63,984 nucleotides of DNA, filler included, from Octopus bimaculoides (GCF_001194135.2; 6 parts of 6 records of this genome joined end to end with filler, not necessarily neighbours in it); one strand, 5' to 3'; positions 51,371 to 63,984 are shown, counted from the first letter of the whole stretch. Notes: generated by a model not told the origin, from the letters alone. Made by a program: numbers and translations.

Positions 51371-51793
51371 AAAGGGGTGACGTTTATCGTTTTATATAAG
51401 TGAGTAATTACTTCAGAAAGCAACAATGTAAGAATGTAAAACTATGTAAATGGATATTCGGCGGATCCGATGACGAGCGCTCCATGTGTACGATGAATGG
51501 AAGTACGTGCATTAGCGTGTAGAGTTAGTGTGATTCGGTGCCATGCAGTGAGACTGAACCCGGAACCATGTAATGGGAAGCTAACTTCTTATCACATAGC
51601 CACACCTTCTATATATGCATAAAACTATAAGAAATAATGTAATTAAAAAAGTACTGTCCTTATTAGGAAAGGTTGTTCTTTAAAGTGAGAAGTATGAATC
51701 AGGCGGGGTGACGCTCTCTTTCTTGTGTCAATATACCTAAGTCTACCTGAATTTGTTCACCAATTTGTAAACATGTAAACAGGTTTATCTCAG

Positions 51794-51864
51794 GACCATG
51801 ATATGAAGACGACGGGGGAGAAGACCGATCAAGGCGCTGTCACCAGACATACACAAGATGAGAG
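51794..51864 (+). CDS. Candidate 71-nt exon (DHDMKTTGEKTDQGAVTRHTQDE)
   Basis: tttatctcag|G acceptor and GAG|gtatag donor; single open frame. Confidence 0.2.
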
Positions 51865-52179
51865 GTATAGCTCTAAAATCAGACATTTGTATTAATTCGT
51901 CGGAGAAAGTCTACATAGGCACAGGAGTGGCTGTGTGGTAATGGCAAATTGAATGAAACAGACGTATTTTTTTCTGCCTGCCGGTAAGAATTTTTGCTGC
52001 CATTGTTGACTTTGTTATAGCTATTATCGCTGTTATTCCGTGAAGGATTGCCATTACTGAACTGTTGGACCATATTTTTTTCCCGGTTTTACCGGGAAAT
52101 ATTTCAAAAATATATACATTGACTTTGTTGGCCATTGCGGCATCTTTATTTTTAAATTTTATTGCCAAAAAAAAAAAAA

Positions 52180-53009
52180 CAGTGAATATCACCGTCAGCT
52201 TCGATTATTAATACGGAGAAACGGACCGTGATATTTAAAACCTTTTGTCCAAAAGACAAAAGGTTTAAATATTTCGAAAAAGATACCATCGAAAAATGCC
52301 TGTCCCCGATTTGGAGAGACATAGTTTATATCGCCAGGGGACGGGCATATGGAGTAGTAGAGGTTCGTTTCTCAGGGGAAGAAGTGGCCCGAGGACACTC
52401 GGTGTGTCCCCTAAAAACGAAAGAGGTGATNNNNNNNNNNNNNNNNNNNNNNNNNNNNNNNNNNNNNNNNNNNNNNNNNNNNNNNNNNNNNNNNNNNNNN
52501 NNNNNNNNNNNNNNNNNNNNNNNNNNNNNNNNNNNNNNNNNNNNNNNNNNNNNNNNNNNNNNNNNNNNNNNNNNNNNNNNNNACCACCAGAAGTCGACCC
52601 TGTAGAGGTGGTGGCTGCCCTGTTGTTCAACAGGGCAGAAAAGATTAAAATATTACAAGTATCATGCTCTTCCTCACAATATTGGCTGGGAAGAAGCATC
52701 AACATTCTTATTCAGGGGACACAAGAAGACCTTCAGGATCTTCCCGAAAGGGTGCTCGTGGGCGAGAATGTGGCCCTTAAGGTACAGGTCGAGGGCAGAA
52801 AGCCCACCTGTTACGCCTGCGGCAAAAAGGGCCACATTCAGGTGGATTGTCCGAAGGTACAGAAGAGAAGCAGCACAGACACCAGGCCCTTCAGACCCCC
52901 CCCCCCAAAAAAACCCCACCATCCTCACAAATTCATTGACCCCGACACTAACAAAAGATCCCACTCCCTCTGTTTCGGTGCCTACCCCACAACAAACTGG
53001 AACAAGTAA
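52180..53009 (+). mobile_element. Tx1/L1-clade LINE ORF1 (RRM-like region plus CCHC zinc knuckle), frameshifted and gapped
   Basis: KRTVIFKTF...YIARGRAYGVVEVRF...PPEVDPVEVVAALL...VQVEGRKPTCYACGKKGHIQVDCP; CX2CX4HX4C at 52809-52850. Confidence 0.85.
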
Positions 53010-53062
53010 AAGACTGAAACAAGTAAAAGACTGAAACAAGTAAAAGACTGAAACAAGTAAAA
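52995..53062 (+). repeat. Four tandem 17-mers GACTGAAACAAGTAAAA (the SINE family A 3' terminus)
   Basis: Identical to the SINE tail at 3357-3373. Confidence 0.9.
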
Positions 53063-53129
53063 GAGTAAAAGAGAGAGTAAATAGTTTATGAAATTACTAA
53101 TTAATTACCAGTTAAGTTTAGAAAAACAA

Positions 53130-53310
53130 AACATTAGTTAGAAATATTAAAATATTAGTTATATTGAAAAATACTATAATACTAACTATATTTCGAATAC
53201 TGAATAGTTATGTTTAGTATACTAAAATATTAGTTATGTTGAGAATACTAAAATACTGGTTGGCAGTAGAAATACTAAAATATTGGTTATATTTAGAAAT
53301 ACTACTAGTT
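53130..53310. repeat. Degenerate ~30-bp AT-rich minisatellite (aatactaaaatattagttatg...)
   Basis: Recurrent unit seen directly in the sequence. Confidence 0.6.
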
Positions 53311-53761
53311 AAGTTTTCTAAATTTATGGTTGAAGATGAGAGAGAGGGAGAGAGCGGAAGAAAGAGCGAAAGAGAATGAGTGAGAGTGAGTAATCAAGGT
53401 CGAGTGAAACTTGAGGGTTTTAGAGGTGAAGGAAAGAGAGAGAATGAGAGAGAGAGAGAGAGAGGAAGAGGGAAAAGAGAGAGGGGGTGAGAATAGGCGA
53501 AATATGAAAGAGGTACGGAAGGAGAATGAGGAGAAGTGAAAAAAAAAATGACGGAGGTTGGAAGGTGAGATTTTAAATACTTGTTGAGAGAGGAATGTTT
53601 AAGAACAGAGAAAATTAGTTCGGGTGAAGTCAAAAAGAAATAGTTGTAGTAAGAAGAAACGGAGTAAATAAAGAGAGATTGATCGTAAATAAGGGAAAGG
53701 AAAGAGATAAAAAAAAGAACGAAAATAATAAGCAGAAAGAGGGCAGCGCCAAATAGCTTCA

Positions 53762-53820
<59 letters not shown>

Positions 53821-54089
53821 TTCTTTCTTTATGTCCGTTTATGTGTCTCTCAGTCTGTCCCGTCTATCTGTCTCTTTCTCTGCATATATATATATATATA
53901 TATATAATGTATGTGTGTTTGTATGTAAATATATATGTGTGTGTGTGTCTGCATGTCTGTATACACACACACGCATACACACGTGCAGGCAGACACTCAG
54001 TCCAACAGAAATACAGACAGACCGGTAAGTAGACAGGCATAATGGTAGGTTAATAGGTAGGTAGGTAGGTGGCTACCTACCTATCTACC

Positions 54090-54136
<47 letters not shown>

Positions 54137-54192
54137 GTAGGGAGGGAGGTAGGTAGGTAGGTAGGTAGATAGATAGACAAACAGATAGATTA

Positions 54193-54232
<40 letters not shown>

Positions 54233-54437
54233 GTAGGTAGGTAGGTAGGTAGATAGACTGGTTGATTGATTGATTAACTGGTTGATAGATAGACAAGGCA
54301 GAAAGAAGTGCAAAGGATTGGGAGTGGAATGGCGAGCAAAAGGTCGAGTAAACATTGAAAAAGAAAACGGTAAGAATACAATGAAAAAAATAGAAGTAAA
54401 AGAAAGACGGGGGTTAAGATAAAGAGACACAGAAAGC

Positions 54438-54504
<67 letters not shown>

Positions 54505-54587
54505 NNNNNNNNNNNNNNNNNNNNNNNNNNNNNNNNNNNNNNNNNNNNNNNNNNNNNNNNNNNNNNNNNNNNNNNNNNNNNNNNNNN

Positions 54588-54643
<56 letters not shown>

Positions 54644-56414
54644 AGATAATACAAATAGTCAGAGAGAGAGAGAGAATGAGAGGGAGAGGGAAAGAGAGAG
54701 AGATAGATATAAAGAAACAGACAGTCCTAGCGAAAGAGAGGAGGTATCTTAATATTAGAGACCATGAAAGATAGATAGATAGAGAGAGAGAGGGAGAGAG
54801 AACAGGAGAGACAGAACATTTGTTAAAGAGACAAAAAAGAGTGAGAGAAGGAATTAATTTAAGAGAGAGAGAGAGAGAGAGAAGGCCAGTGCAATTATGA
54901 GGCAGAGATAGAGAGAGAAGTAATAGTAGGCAGCCTATAAAATAGAAGGAGTGATAGGTATGAGAGAGAGAAAAAGAGAGAGGGTAAGAAAGATAAATAG
55001 ATAGGCAGATAGAGTGATGGATATATAGACAGAGTAAGGTGAAAGAAATAACAGCAGAACGACAGAATCTGCTGCGTGTGTGTGACTTAAGTGTGGCGGG
55101 AGGGATAAAGTACCGATATAAGCAGCCGACAACATTGTCGGTTTGGAGATGTTACAAACTGTATGGGAGATTTTTATTCTGTATGTTTTACTTCGGATTG
55201 CGTTAGCGACCCAATTACGCAATATAATAGCTTATTAGTTAATCACTTTGATTGAGTTACATCCTCTTATAGCAGGTAAAGAAAATTCATTAAAATAAAT
55301 TTTCACGTGCACGTAGACACACACATTTATATATATACATACATACATACATACATAATACATACATACACACCTCACATCTCACATATATGTACACATA
55401 CACATATATAGATACGCACTCATATGCACACACACGTACATACACATACACATACATATATATATATTATAGCAACATCTGATCCCAGAAAAATATATAT
55501 TTATACTTATACATATATTTTTTATCAAATTTATACAATTTTTGAATTGATTCAATCAATTTCTCTTTGCTTGAATATCAACCAATATTAGGAGGAAAAC
55601 TGGCGTGTCTTTGTTACCAACACCCCCCTCCCCCCGTGTCTCTTTCTCCTACTATTAAGTGCTTCCGTCGAAAGCGGAAGTTAGACATGAGCTAAACCTT
55701 GGACCAATTTAATAATGACCGGGACTCTAAAAATCTGATTAAGACTAAAAAGCAAACAACAACAACAAAAAAAACTTGAAAGCGTCTGTAGTTTTAATAA
55801 GGAAAAGTGAATTCTAACTGAAGTAAGTATACGAGTTTTACATCTTCTGTCATATAGCTCTTTTCTTTTTTTTTTCTCTATTTTTTAAAATATTCTGTGT
55901 CTTAAAATGCGGAAGCAAAAAGGTGACGGTGTTTGNNNNNNNNNNNNNNNNNNNNNNNNNNNNNNNNNNNNNNNNNNNNNNNNNNNNNNNNNNNNNNNNN
56001 NNNNNNNNNNNNNNNNNNNNNNNNNNNNNNNNNNNNNNNNNNNNNNNNNNNNNNNNNNNNNNNNNNNNNNNNNNNNNNNNNNNNNNNNNNNNNNNNNNNN
56101 NNNNNNNNNNNNNNNNNNNNNNNNNNNNNNNNNNNNNNNNNNNNNNNNNNNNNNNNNNNNNNNNNNNNNNNNNNNNNNNNNNNNNNNNNNNNNNNNNNNN
56201 NNNNNNNNNNNNNNNNNNNNNNNNNNNNNNNNNNNNNNNNNNNNNNNNNNNNNNNNNNNNNNNNNNNNNNNNNNNNNNNNNNNNNNNNNNNNNNNNNNNN
56301 NNNNNNNNNNNNNNNNNNNNNNNNNNNNNNNNNNNNNNNNNNNNNNNNNNNNNNNNNNNNNNNNNNNNNNNNNNNNNNNNNNNNNNNNNNNNNNNNNNNN
56401 NNNNNNNNNNNNNN

Positions 56415-56469
<55 letters not shown>

Positions 56470-56939
56470 CACACATACATATATATGTCTTTACATATCT
56501 TTATATATATGTATATACATGTGTATACATGTATATGTATATATATGTGTGTGTGTGTATATATATATATGTATGTATAAATATATATATATATTCATAC
56601 AAACACATATACGCACATACATAAATACATATATATGTGTATGTGTACAAAGATGTATAGTTATTTACTGTTTATAATTCATATATAAGAGAGTGGAGGA
56701 GAGTGAGAGAGAGACGAGAAAACTCTGCTGTTACTCAGAGTTTCACAATTCTTCACTGCTCCCGCAAAGTTGCGTGACTGGCAAAATATCGCGGAACACA
56801 GAGTAGCAACGGAGAACAATTTTTTAGTAGTAAAATCTTTTAAAAAATTGTTTTCACCCTTGTTTTAAAATTCTATTATGTATGTATATACGTACGTCTG
56901 TATGTATGTATGTATGTATGTATGTATGTATGTATGTTA

Positions 56940-57008
<69 letters not shown>

Positions 57009-57214
57009 TTTTAGAGAAAGGAACCAAGGTTCATGAACTCATCGCTGAAAATCCACTGTCACATATAGAAAAATTAATAAGTAAAAGCACAATAAATAAG
57101 TATAATATAATACAAAGTAAATATCATAAGATAATGAATCTTAATTTAATTTTAATTTTTAATAAATTGAATTTTATTGAGTTTTTACCTGTAAATTTGG
57201 ATTCTTATACCTGA

Positions 57215-57242
57215 TATTGTTATATATATATGAATGTATGTA

Positions 57243-57277
<35 letters not shown>

Positions 57278-57447
57278 GTGTGTATATATATATGTGTGTA
57301 TATATGTGTGTGTATATATATGTGTGTGTGTGTATATGTGTGTATATATGTGTGTGTGTATATATATGTGTGTGTGTATATATATATATGTGTGTGTGTA
57401 TATGTGTGTGTGCGTGTATATATACATATATATATACACACACACAC

Positions 57448-57478
<31 letters not shown>

Positions 57479-57682
57479 AACACGCACAAATATATATAAG
57501 TGTATGTGCGTGTATCAATGTACATGCGTATGTGTGTGTATGGACATTCATATATATATATAAGTATATGTGCGTGTATAAATGTACATGCGTACATGTG
57601 TATGTGTGTGAGTGTACATGCATACACATACATGCGTGTATGTATGTGTGTGTGTGTGTCGGTATATGTATGTACATGCGTG

Positions 57683-57719
<37 letters not shown>

Positions 57720-57750
57720 ATGTATATGTATGTATATATATATATTTGTA
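57215..57750. repeat. Long compound (TA)/(TG)/(CA) microsatellite field
   Basis: Seen directly in the sequence. Confidence 0.95.
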
Positions 57751-57902
57751 TGTGGGTAGGTGGGAAGGAAGGCGAGGAATCGACAAGATAATTCCCTTTA
57801 TATTTCGTTATTGTTTCCCGCCGATGCTAAGTTAAAACTACTCAACAATGACTTTGATGTCCATTCAATCGACTAAATTTATCTGGATGTTGGTCTTGTA
57901 CA

Positions 57903-57946
<44 letters not shown>

Positions 57947-57981
57947 ATGTGTGTGTGTGTGCGTTTGCGTGTGAGTGTGTT

Positions 57982-58020
<39 letters not shown>

Positions 58021-58081
58021 GCAAATATATATAGATATGTATATAAGTGTGTAAATATATGTGTGTGTGTGTGTGTGAGAC

Positions 58082-58128
<47 letters not shown>

Positions 58129-58144
58129 TAGGTGGATAAGTGGG

Positions 58145-58189
<45 letters not shown>

Positions 58190-59099
58190 GAGTGTAAATG
58201 TGTGTATGTAGATTTCGTTCGTATGTATTCATATTATGCGCACGAAGTCACATTTTCATGTATGTACTTCTATAAACACTCATTTTATACATATACACTC
58301 ACCCATTAACACAAACACAGACACGCATACACACGTTCGCACGCACACACGTGTGTATGTGTACGTATGTATGTATGTATGTAAGAGAGAAAGACACACA
58401 CAGACTAGCAGAGAGAGAGAGAGAGAGTGGGAGAGATACGTAATTGAGAATGTAATCGATATATCATATGGAGAAGCCGGTAGAATCGTTAGAGAATCGG
58501 GTAAAATACCTTGCAGTATTTGTTCCGTGTCTCTACCGTCTGAGTTCAAATCGCGCCAAGGTCATCTTTACCTTTTATTCTTCCAGAGTCGATGACCAAA
58601 GTGCAAGTCCAGCGCTTGGTTTGATTTTTGTCACGTTCTTTTTGGACTGTACTGGTAGCTTACAAGTTTTGCAATAGTTCGACTTGAGAATTTACGTTAA
58701 AACTACACATGTCTGTGAAACGCTCGACCGATAACGGATTAATTTCATTTTACGAATATAACTTCACCTAATCGAACAACGGAGAGCTCATCGTTCAAAA
58801 TTTAGCGACGCACTCACACTCACACATAGTCATACACACACAGAGAAACACACAAACACACACAAACATACATACATGCGTGTGTGACAGCGCGCGCCCA
58901 TATGTGTGTGTGTGTGTGTGTATGTATGTAAATATATAGTAATAGACTTAAAATAAGTAATAGTGTCCTTTTGTTCGACTAAACCCGTCAAGATGCTGCC
59001 CCAGCATGGCCACAGTCCAAAGACCGAGACAAGTGAACGAGTTAGGTTCCTGTTGAGAGGGATTACTTGGGTTTTGAATACTTCAGCCCTTCGTTCATC

Positions 59100-59339
59100 A
59101 TCCTTAAACAACCTATAAACAACCTTTTGAGCGGGCAGGGCTACTTGACCTGAAGAAAATTCTCACTGGGCCCCCACCTGCAAGGTCATGCGCTGTTTAT
59201 CTTGTCATGAGGTCACCGTATTTCGCACATATAGTTGTGATGCATGTGTGTTATGAGACGGGTAGTCATGATGGGTATATTGGGCTTCTTATATTTGTAC
59301 CCCGGCGTCAGTTTAATGACTTGTGCTGCTCTCTCACGC

Positions 59340-59381
<42 letters not shown>

Positions 59382-59385
59382 TCAT
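59100..59385 (+). mobile_element. Non-LTR retroelement 3' end with (AAT)n tail
   Basis: gggcccccacctgcaaggtcatgcgctg...ctgctctctcacgcaataataat; tail structure as in the 47962 element. Confidence 0.6.
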
Positions 59386-59409
59386 AATAATACCGATGCC
59401 TGAGAGACT

Positions 59410-59850
59410 CAGGCATAGTTACCAATTCAGAATTTCGCCGCACAACCACGTGCTTTTGGGTTCAGTCCCGCGGCGGGGAAATTGGACAAGTGTCTGCTAC
59501 TGTACTCCGAACTAACTTATGTCTTGTGACTGAATTTGATATATGAAATCTATGCGGATGCCTGTTGTGTGTGTGTGTGTGTGTGTGTGTGTCTGTGTCT
59601 GTGTGCGTGCGTGTGTGTGTGTGTGTGTGTGTGGCTTTGCGTTTGTCTCTACACCATTGTTAGTTTCCCATAACTGGTGTTGGTTTATTTACGTTCTCTA
59701 AACGTAACAGTTCAACAAAAGACATCGAGGCAATAACTACCAGATACAAAATAAAAGTACTGTTCTGGGGGTCGATTCGTTTAACTAAACCCTTCAAGGT
59801 GGTGCTCCAGCATGGCCGCAGTCTAACGAGTGACACCAGTAAATGGTAAA
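59410..59850 (+). mobile_element. SINE family A, full length
   Basis: caggcatagtt...ggttcagtccc...(GT)n...aaggtggtgctccagcatggccgcagtc. Confidence 0.85.
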
Positions 59851-59958
59851 TGATAAAATAACAACAGTTGATATTTCTAGGCGGCCGAGCGAGTTTTCCT
59901 CGTAGACCCGTTTCAAATCAACTGCTTGTAAAAACAATAAAAGAATAAGGTGTGTGTG

Positions 59959-60006
<48 letters not shown>

Positions 60007-61308
60007 CGCGCGTGTATGTGTATAATTCATTGTGCAGAGTGACTGTGATGTATATAAATATTAGTCTCTACTTAAAACTGTAAGAAAAACAATGTTTACT
60101 ATAGAAATCCAATTTCGTCGTCGTTTAAATAATGTAACTATGGCTAATGTTTCGGGAGACCGATAATAGAATGATCAAATGGATTCCATCTCTCTGTTCG
60201 TACATAGGGTTGTTTATATCGTGTAATTCATCCTACATCTTTTAAGATGTTTAGGTTTAACTGAGGAAATGTGCCGGTTGAGTGACTGATCAGAAGCTCG
60301 GAAATGGTCAAAATTTGTACGGTCTCTTATTGATTTAGCGTTGTATGCATCGTAATTATATATATACATAGTTATCGCCGTCCACTTAGCAGCAAGTGCG
60401 TAGCACCTATGTACAAGACATATAAGTAAATTATATCAAAATGAGCAACGGGACCATTATCTTATTTGCACAAGGTCAACCTTGTGCAAATTTATGCTCA
60501 AGATCATCCAAGATTATTTTCAGACAGTTCATCTAAGATTAATTTTTCGAATGTCTTTTTCCGTCTTTTGTTTTCTTTTTTGTTGTTTTTTTTTTCAACA
60601 GATACTAAAGTGCGACTTAAAGGTGATTTGACTGCTGGCTTTAACAGGTCGAGCCCTTGCGTTGAAGCCCATATTTCTACCTGCTTGTTGTATTTTAGTC
60701 TAGACCAATGATTCAAAGCATTTCTGTCGTAACCATCCTGTCTTTTTACGCAAGTAAGAAGGGCTTCATTCACTAGTTTGTCCTTTATTTAAGAGAATAG
60801 AGTGTAATTTGCGGGAGATTTGGTTACTATTTATGCTAGGTTGAGAATATTTCATTGGACTTGATAACAGATGCAGTTCAGTGTTCTACTTTCACAAAGT
60901 AAAATTGACACAGGTCGCATAGAAGTTCAGAAGAATCCAAGAACGGGACCAAGGAAGTGGACAGCGACATGTGGCTTGCTGCTCGACCTCTCCTCTCGCA
61001 CAAAGTGAATGGAATTCATTTCCCTGAGCCTTGGAATGTCTTTAAGGAACACTTCTGTTGCAAATATTTCAGTTATGTTTGTAGCCTTCTAGAGATCACT
61101 TATCCCCTCCTCCCACGAGTATTAGGGACTCTAAAAAAGATCAAGGGTGTCACCCTTCCACGTCTGGTCACGTCATTGATATATATATATATATNNNNNN
61201 NNNNNNNNNNNNNNNNNNNNNNNNNNNNNNNNNNNNNNTTAATTAATTAANNNNNNNNNNNNNNNNNNNNNNNNNNNNNNNNNNNNNNNNNNNNTGTATG
61301 TATGTATG

Positions 61309-61339
<31 letters not shown>

Positions 61340-61539
61340 TAGAAGAAGAAAAATACACAGAATCTATATATTTTTTATATATCATAATATTCTGTCCTTA
61401 GAAATATCTTTAAAATATATAAATTTTGTGCATTTTCCTTCTTTTGTTATATATTTTTCTCTACAACTCACCAAGTGGGGAATATCTCTTCAACGAAATT
61501 CTATTTTACTATATGTATATATTTGTGTATATATATGCT

Positions 61540-61990
61540 GCAGATACTTAGATAATATATTTATACCTAATTATGGTTTGTTTGAATTTTTACTCAGAAA
61601 AATATACCCTAGTGAGTTTATAGCCACCAGAAATGGTAACAATATAAGGAATATTAATTATTTAGATGTCAGTTTAGTAATTATGGATAATAATGAAATA
61701 CGTACTGATATTTATAACAAAACAGAAGAGTTTTGTTTCCAAGTGGCTTCAATGCCATTGTTCAGTGATAGAATTTCTTCATTTATTGGTTATGGTGTTT
61801 TTGCAGGGCAAATTGTCAGATATAGTACTATTATTAATAATGCTAATAAACGTTTAGAAAGAATAAATAAACTGTTAAGACATTAAGTAAAACAAGGGTA
61901 TAGATGTGGTAAATTGGTTAAAACTTTTAATCACTGGGAGACTTGAAAATTTAAATAAATATGGGGTAGTATCTAATTTTCAACTTGGCA
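61540..61990 (+). mobile_element. Penelope-like RT C-terminal fragment (different lineage from 64-450)
   Basis: CRYLDNIF (YLDN at 61545-61556)...NYLDVSL...DIYNKTEEFCF...YGVFAGQIVRY...KQGY. Confidence 0.82.
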
Positions 61991-62805
61991 AATATTTTAA
62001 AAGATTTGGAATGTTTACAATTCAAGTTGTTTGCTTATTACGTCACCAATATTGTTTGAGACAATTGAGGAAGTAATAATTACGCACTAGGTCATCAATA
62101 GTTAAGATAGTCTTTTAAGTTCTAGAGGTGATGGAACTGCGTGGTCTGAAAAAAAAACATGTAGTTTTTTTTTCTTTTAAACAGTTTGTATTTAGCTGTA
62201 AACGTAGCAAGGTTCTATAATAATAGTTAATTACAAGTACATTTTTTATTAGTTCTTATTTAATAAATTCAATGTTTCTATTAGTTACTGGTAAGTTTAC
62301 ATTAAAGCTTGTAAGGGTAATATATATTAATGAGTAAGTAGTGTTTTTATTATTAACTTTCCAATTATGAAATAATGTATTTCACTCATAATTATTAAAT
62401 TATTCATTAATTTAAATTCAATCGTGTTTTGTTTTGGAGAGAATTAAATATAAAACATTCACTTTTTTTTTTATTATAGTAGGAACTATGGAAGACTGTT
62501 GAGATTATTATTTGTATGAACTTAAAGATTGGTCGCTATTTAGTACATGATTTAGTTATTGGAAGTTTATTATTAATACCGATACACAGATTTATGTCGT
62601 TCTTTGCTGTAGTTTGATTTTAAATTTAGTGTTTGATCCTGCCTATATTATACTATGGAAGACTGTAGGAAATAAAATGTATGACTTAGGGGTTCGGTCG
62701 CTGTTTAATTACATATTTAGGAGTTGGTTATAGATTTACTTATTGAATTTATTTACCAATACTGTTGTACATAGGGTTATCCGCTGAATACCCTTGTTGC
62801 TTATT

Positions 62806-62847
<42 letters not shown>

Positions 62848-63169
62848 TGTAAATACGTATGTATATATATATATATATATATANNNNNNNNNNNNNNNNN
62901 NNNNNNNNNNNNNNNNNNNNNNNNNNNTTAATTAATTAANNNNNNNNNNNNNNNNNNNNNNNNNNNNNNNNNNNNNNNNNNNNAACGTCTTACCAGTATT
63001 ATCCGTACTACTTTGTTTATAAATAAATCACGTAATTTGATTGACGTTAACTGTTCATATATAAATCTCACACCTGATTGAATATCATAGTTTCTTATGA
63101 GGTATCGAAAATTCCTCGTGGAAGACCGGCTGCACGACATCCTCACTCGTGAATTTATATTAGAGGAAT

Positions 63170-63305
63170 AATGGAAAATCTGTGATTTAAGCGGTAGCTC
63201 AAGATACAGAATGTTGGAATGGTGTGCGAGTCGTCGACTTATTAGAAATAAGTTTACCTGCGACGAATGTCTAGTACCATGCGGACTTATTACACGTGGT
63301 AAAAA
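63170..63305 (+). mobile_element. Merlin/IS1595-like transposase N-terminal zinc-ribbon fragment
   Basis: DLSGSSRYRMLEWCASRRLIRNKFTCDECLVPCGLITR (W-C...LI.N...CxxC...C pattern). Confidence 0.6.
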
Positions 63306-63984
63306 GAAAAAAACATTTTAAACTTTAATAAAAAAAAAAATCCTGTAAGTCGTTGAGTTATTTCCCTTGAATATTTTTATTTATTTCTTTTACCTCTCGA
63401 AACTGGAAGATTACCTATAACATGTATGTATATATTATATATAAAATACAATTATGTATCAACCAATACCATTTCTACATCAACTACCACTAAAACTACT
63501 TCGACTACGAATATTCCCCCAAAAAAACTAACACTCTATCACTCAGCAGTCACCGAGGTAAATAACGCTGTCGCCATATCTTTTCGTCAAAATTCTTCGT
63601 TCTATGTACGTATCGTCAGTAAATCAAAATCCGAAGAAGAACACTCTAAGCTATATAGAACAGTAGGATATGTAGATAAAGATAGATACGGCCAGTCTGT
63701 AGCGTTGCCCAGGGTTTCAAGTCTATAAAGCTCTTGGCTTTACGAGGTTGCTTAAGGCCTCTCTAAGCAAGTGGGCTCACTAGAAAAATCTATCTATCTA
63801 TCTATCTGTGTGAGGTTCAAACGTACAGAAAACAAAAGACAAGCAAGGGAAACAACTAGCAGTCTCTTTAGTTTGAAGCTCGGGAAGAAGGGAAAAGTTT
63901 TCAATACGCTCTTCGACAGAAAAGGATGAGGCGTGGAAATGGCGAGAGAGAATAAAATGTGTCGAGATTAGCGATTTATAAATA

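Noticed and set aside
51911-52192. 93-aa minus-strand ORF with hydrophobic stretches
   Set aside because: It is antisense to the LINE 5' region with internal short repeats and has no independent coding signal.
52995-53062. CRISPR-like appearance of the 17-bp direct repeats
   Set aside because: No spacers, eukaryotic context, and the unit equals the SINE tail.
60602-60622. 21-nt microexon (DTKVRLK) after a very strong pyrimidine tract
   Set aside because: The donor GTGATT is weak, the downstream sequence is a dispersed repeat, and the T-run may be a retroposon tail.

Overview
AT-rich, microsatellite-saturated eukaryotic DNA from a gapped draft assembly. The SINE families and repeat density are consistent with Octopus (inferred from recalled repeat consensi, not a search). 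No complete protein-coding gene is visible, and almost all listed ORFs are microsatellite or N-gap artefacts. The window is mostly a transposon graveyard. Retroelements: several tRNA-derived SINE families, Penelope-like RT and GIY-YIG fragments (some with decayed hammerhead-like cores), Tx1/L1-clade ORF1 and ORF2 pieces, and RTE and R4/NeSL-type (RLE) LINE 3' ends. DNA transposons: two copies of a long-TIR Tc1-like DD37E element, mariner halves and a Merlin/IS1595-like fragment. A few short splice-site-flanked open frames and two promoter-like CpG-rich islands may belong to large-intron host genes but cannot be named. Best leads: a SINE-head/LINE-ORF1/SINE-tail chimera (51.9-53.1 kb), the DD37E element with ~330-bp IR/DR ends and shared loss of the N-terminus, a tandem pair of hammerhead-like cores (23.3-23.5 kb) and a 131-bp fold-back island (42.4-42.5 kb). 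Five 100-nt N44-TTAATTAATTAA-N44 blocks are scaffolding linkers, so adjacency across them is unproven.
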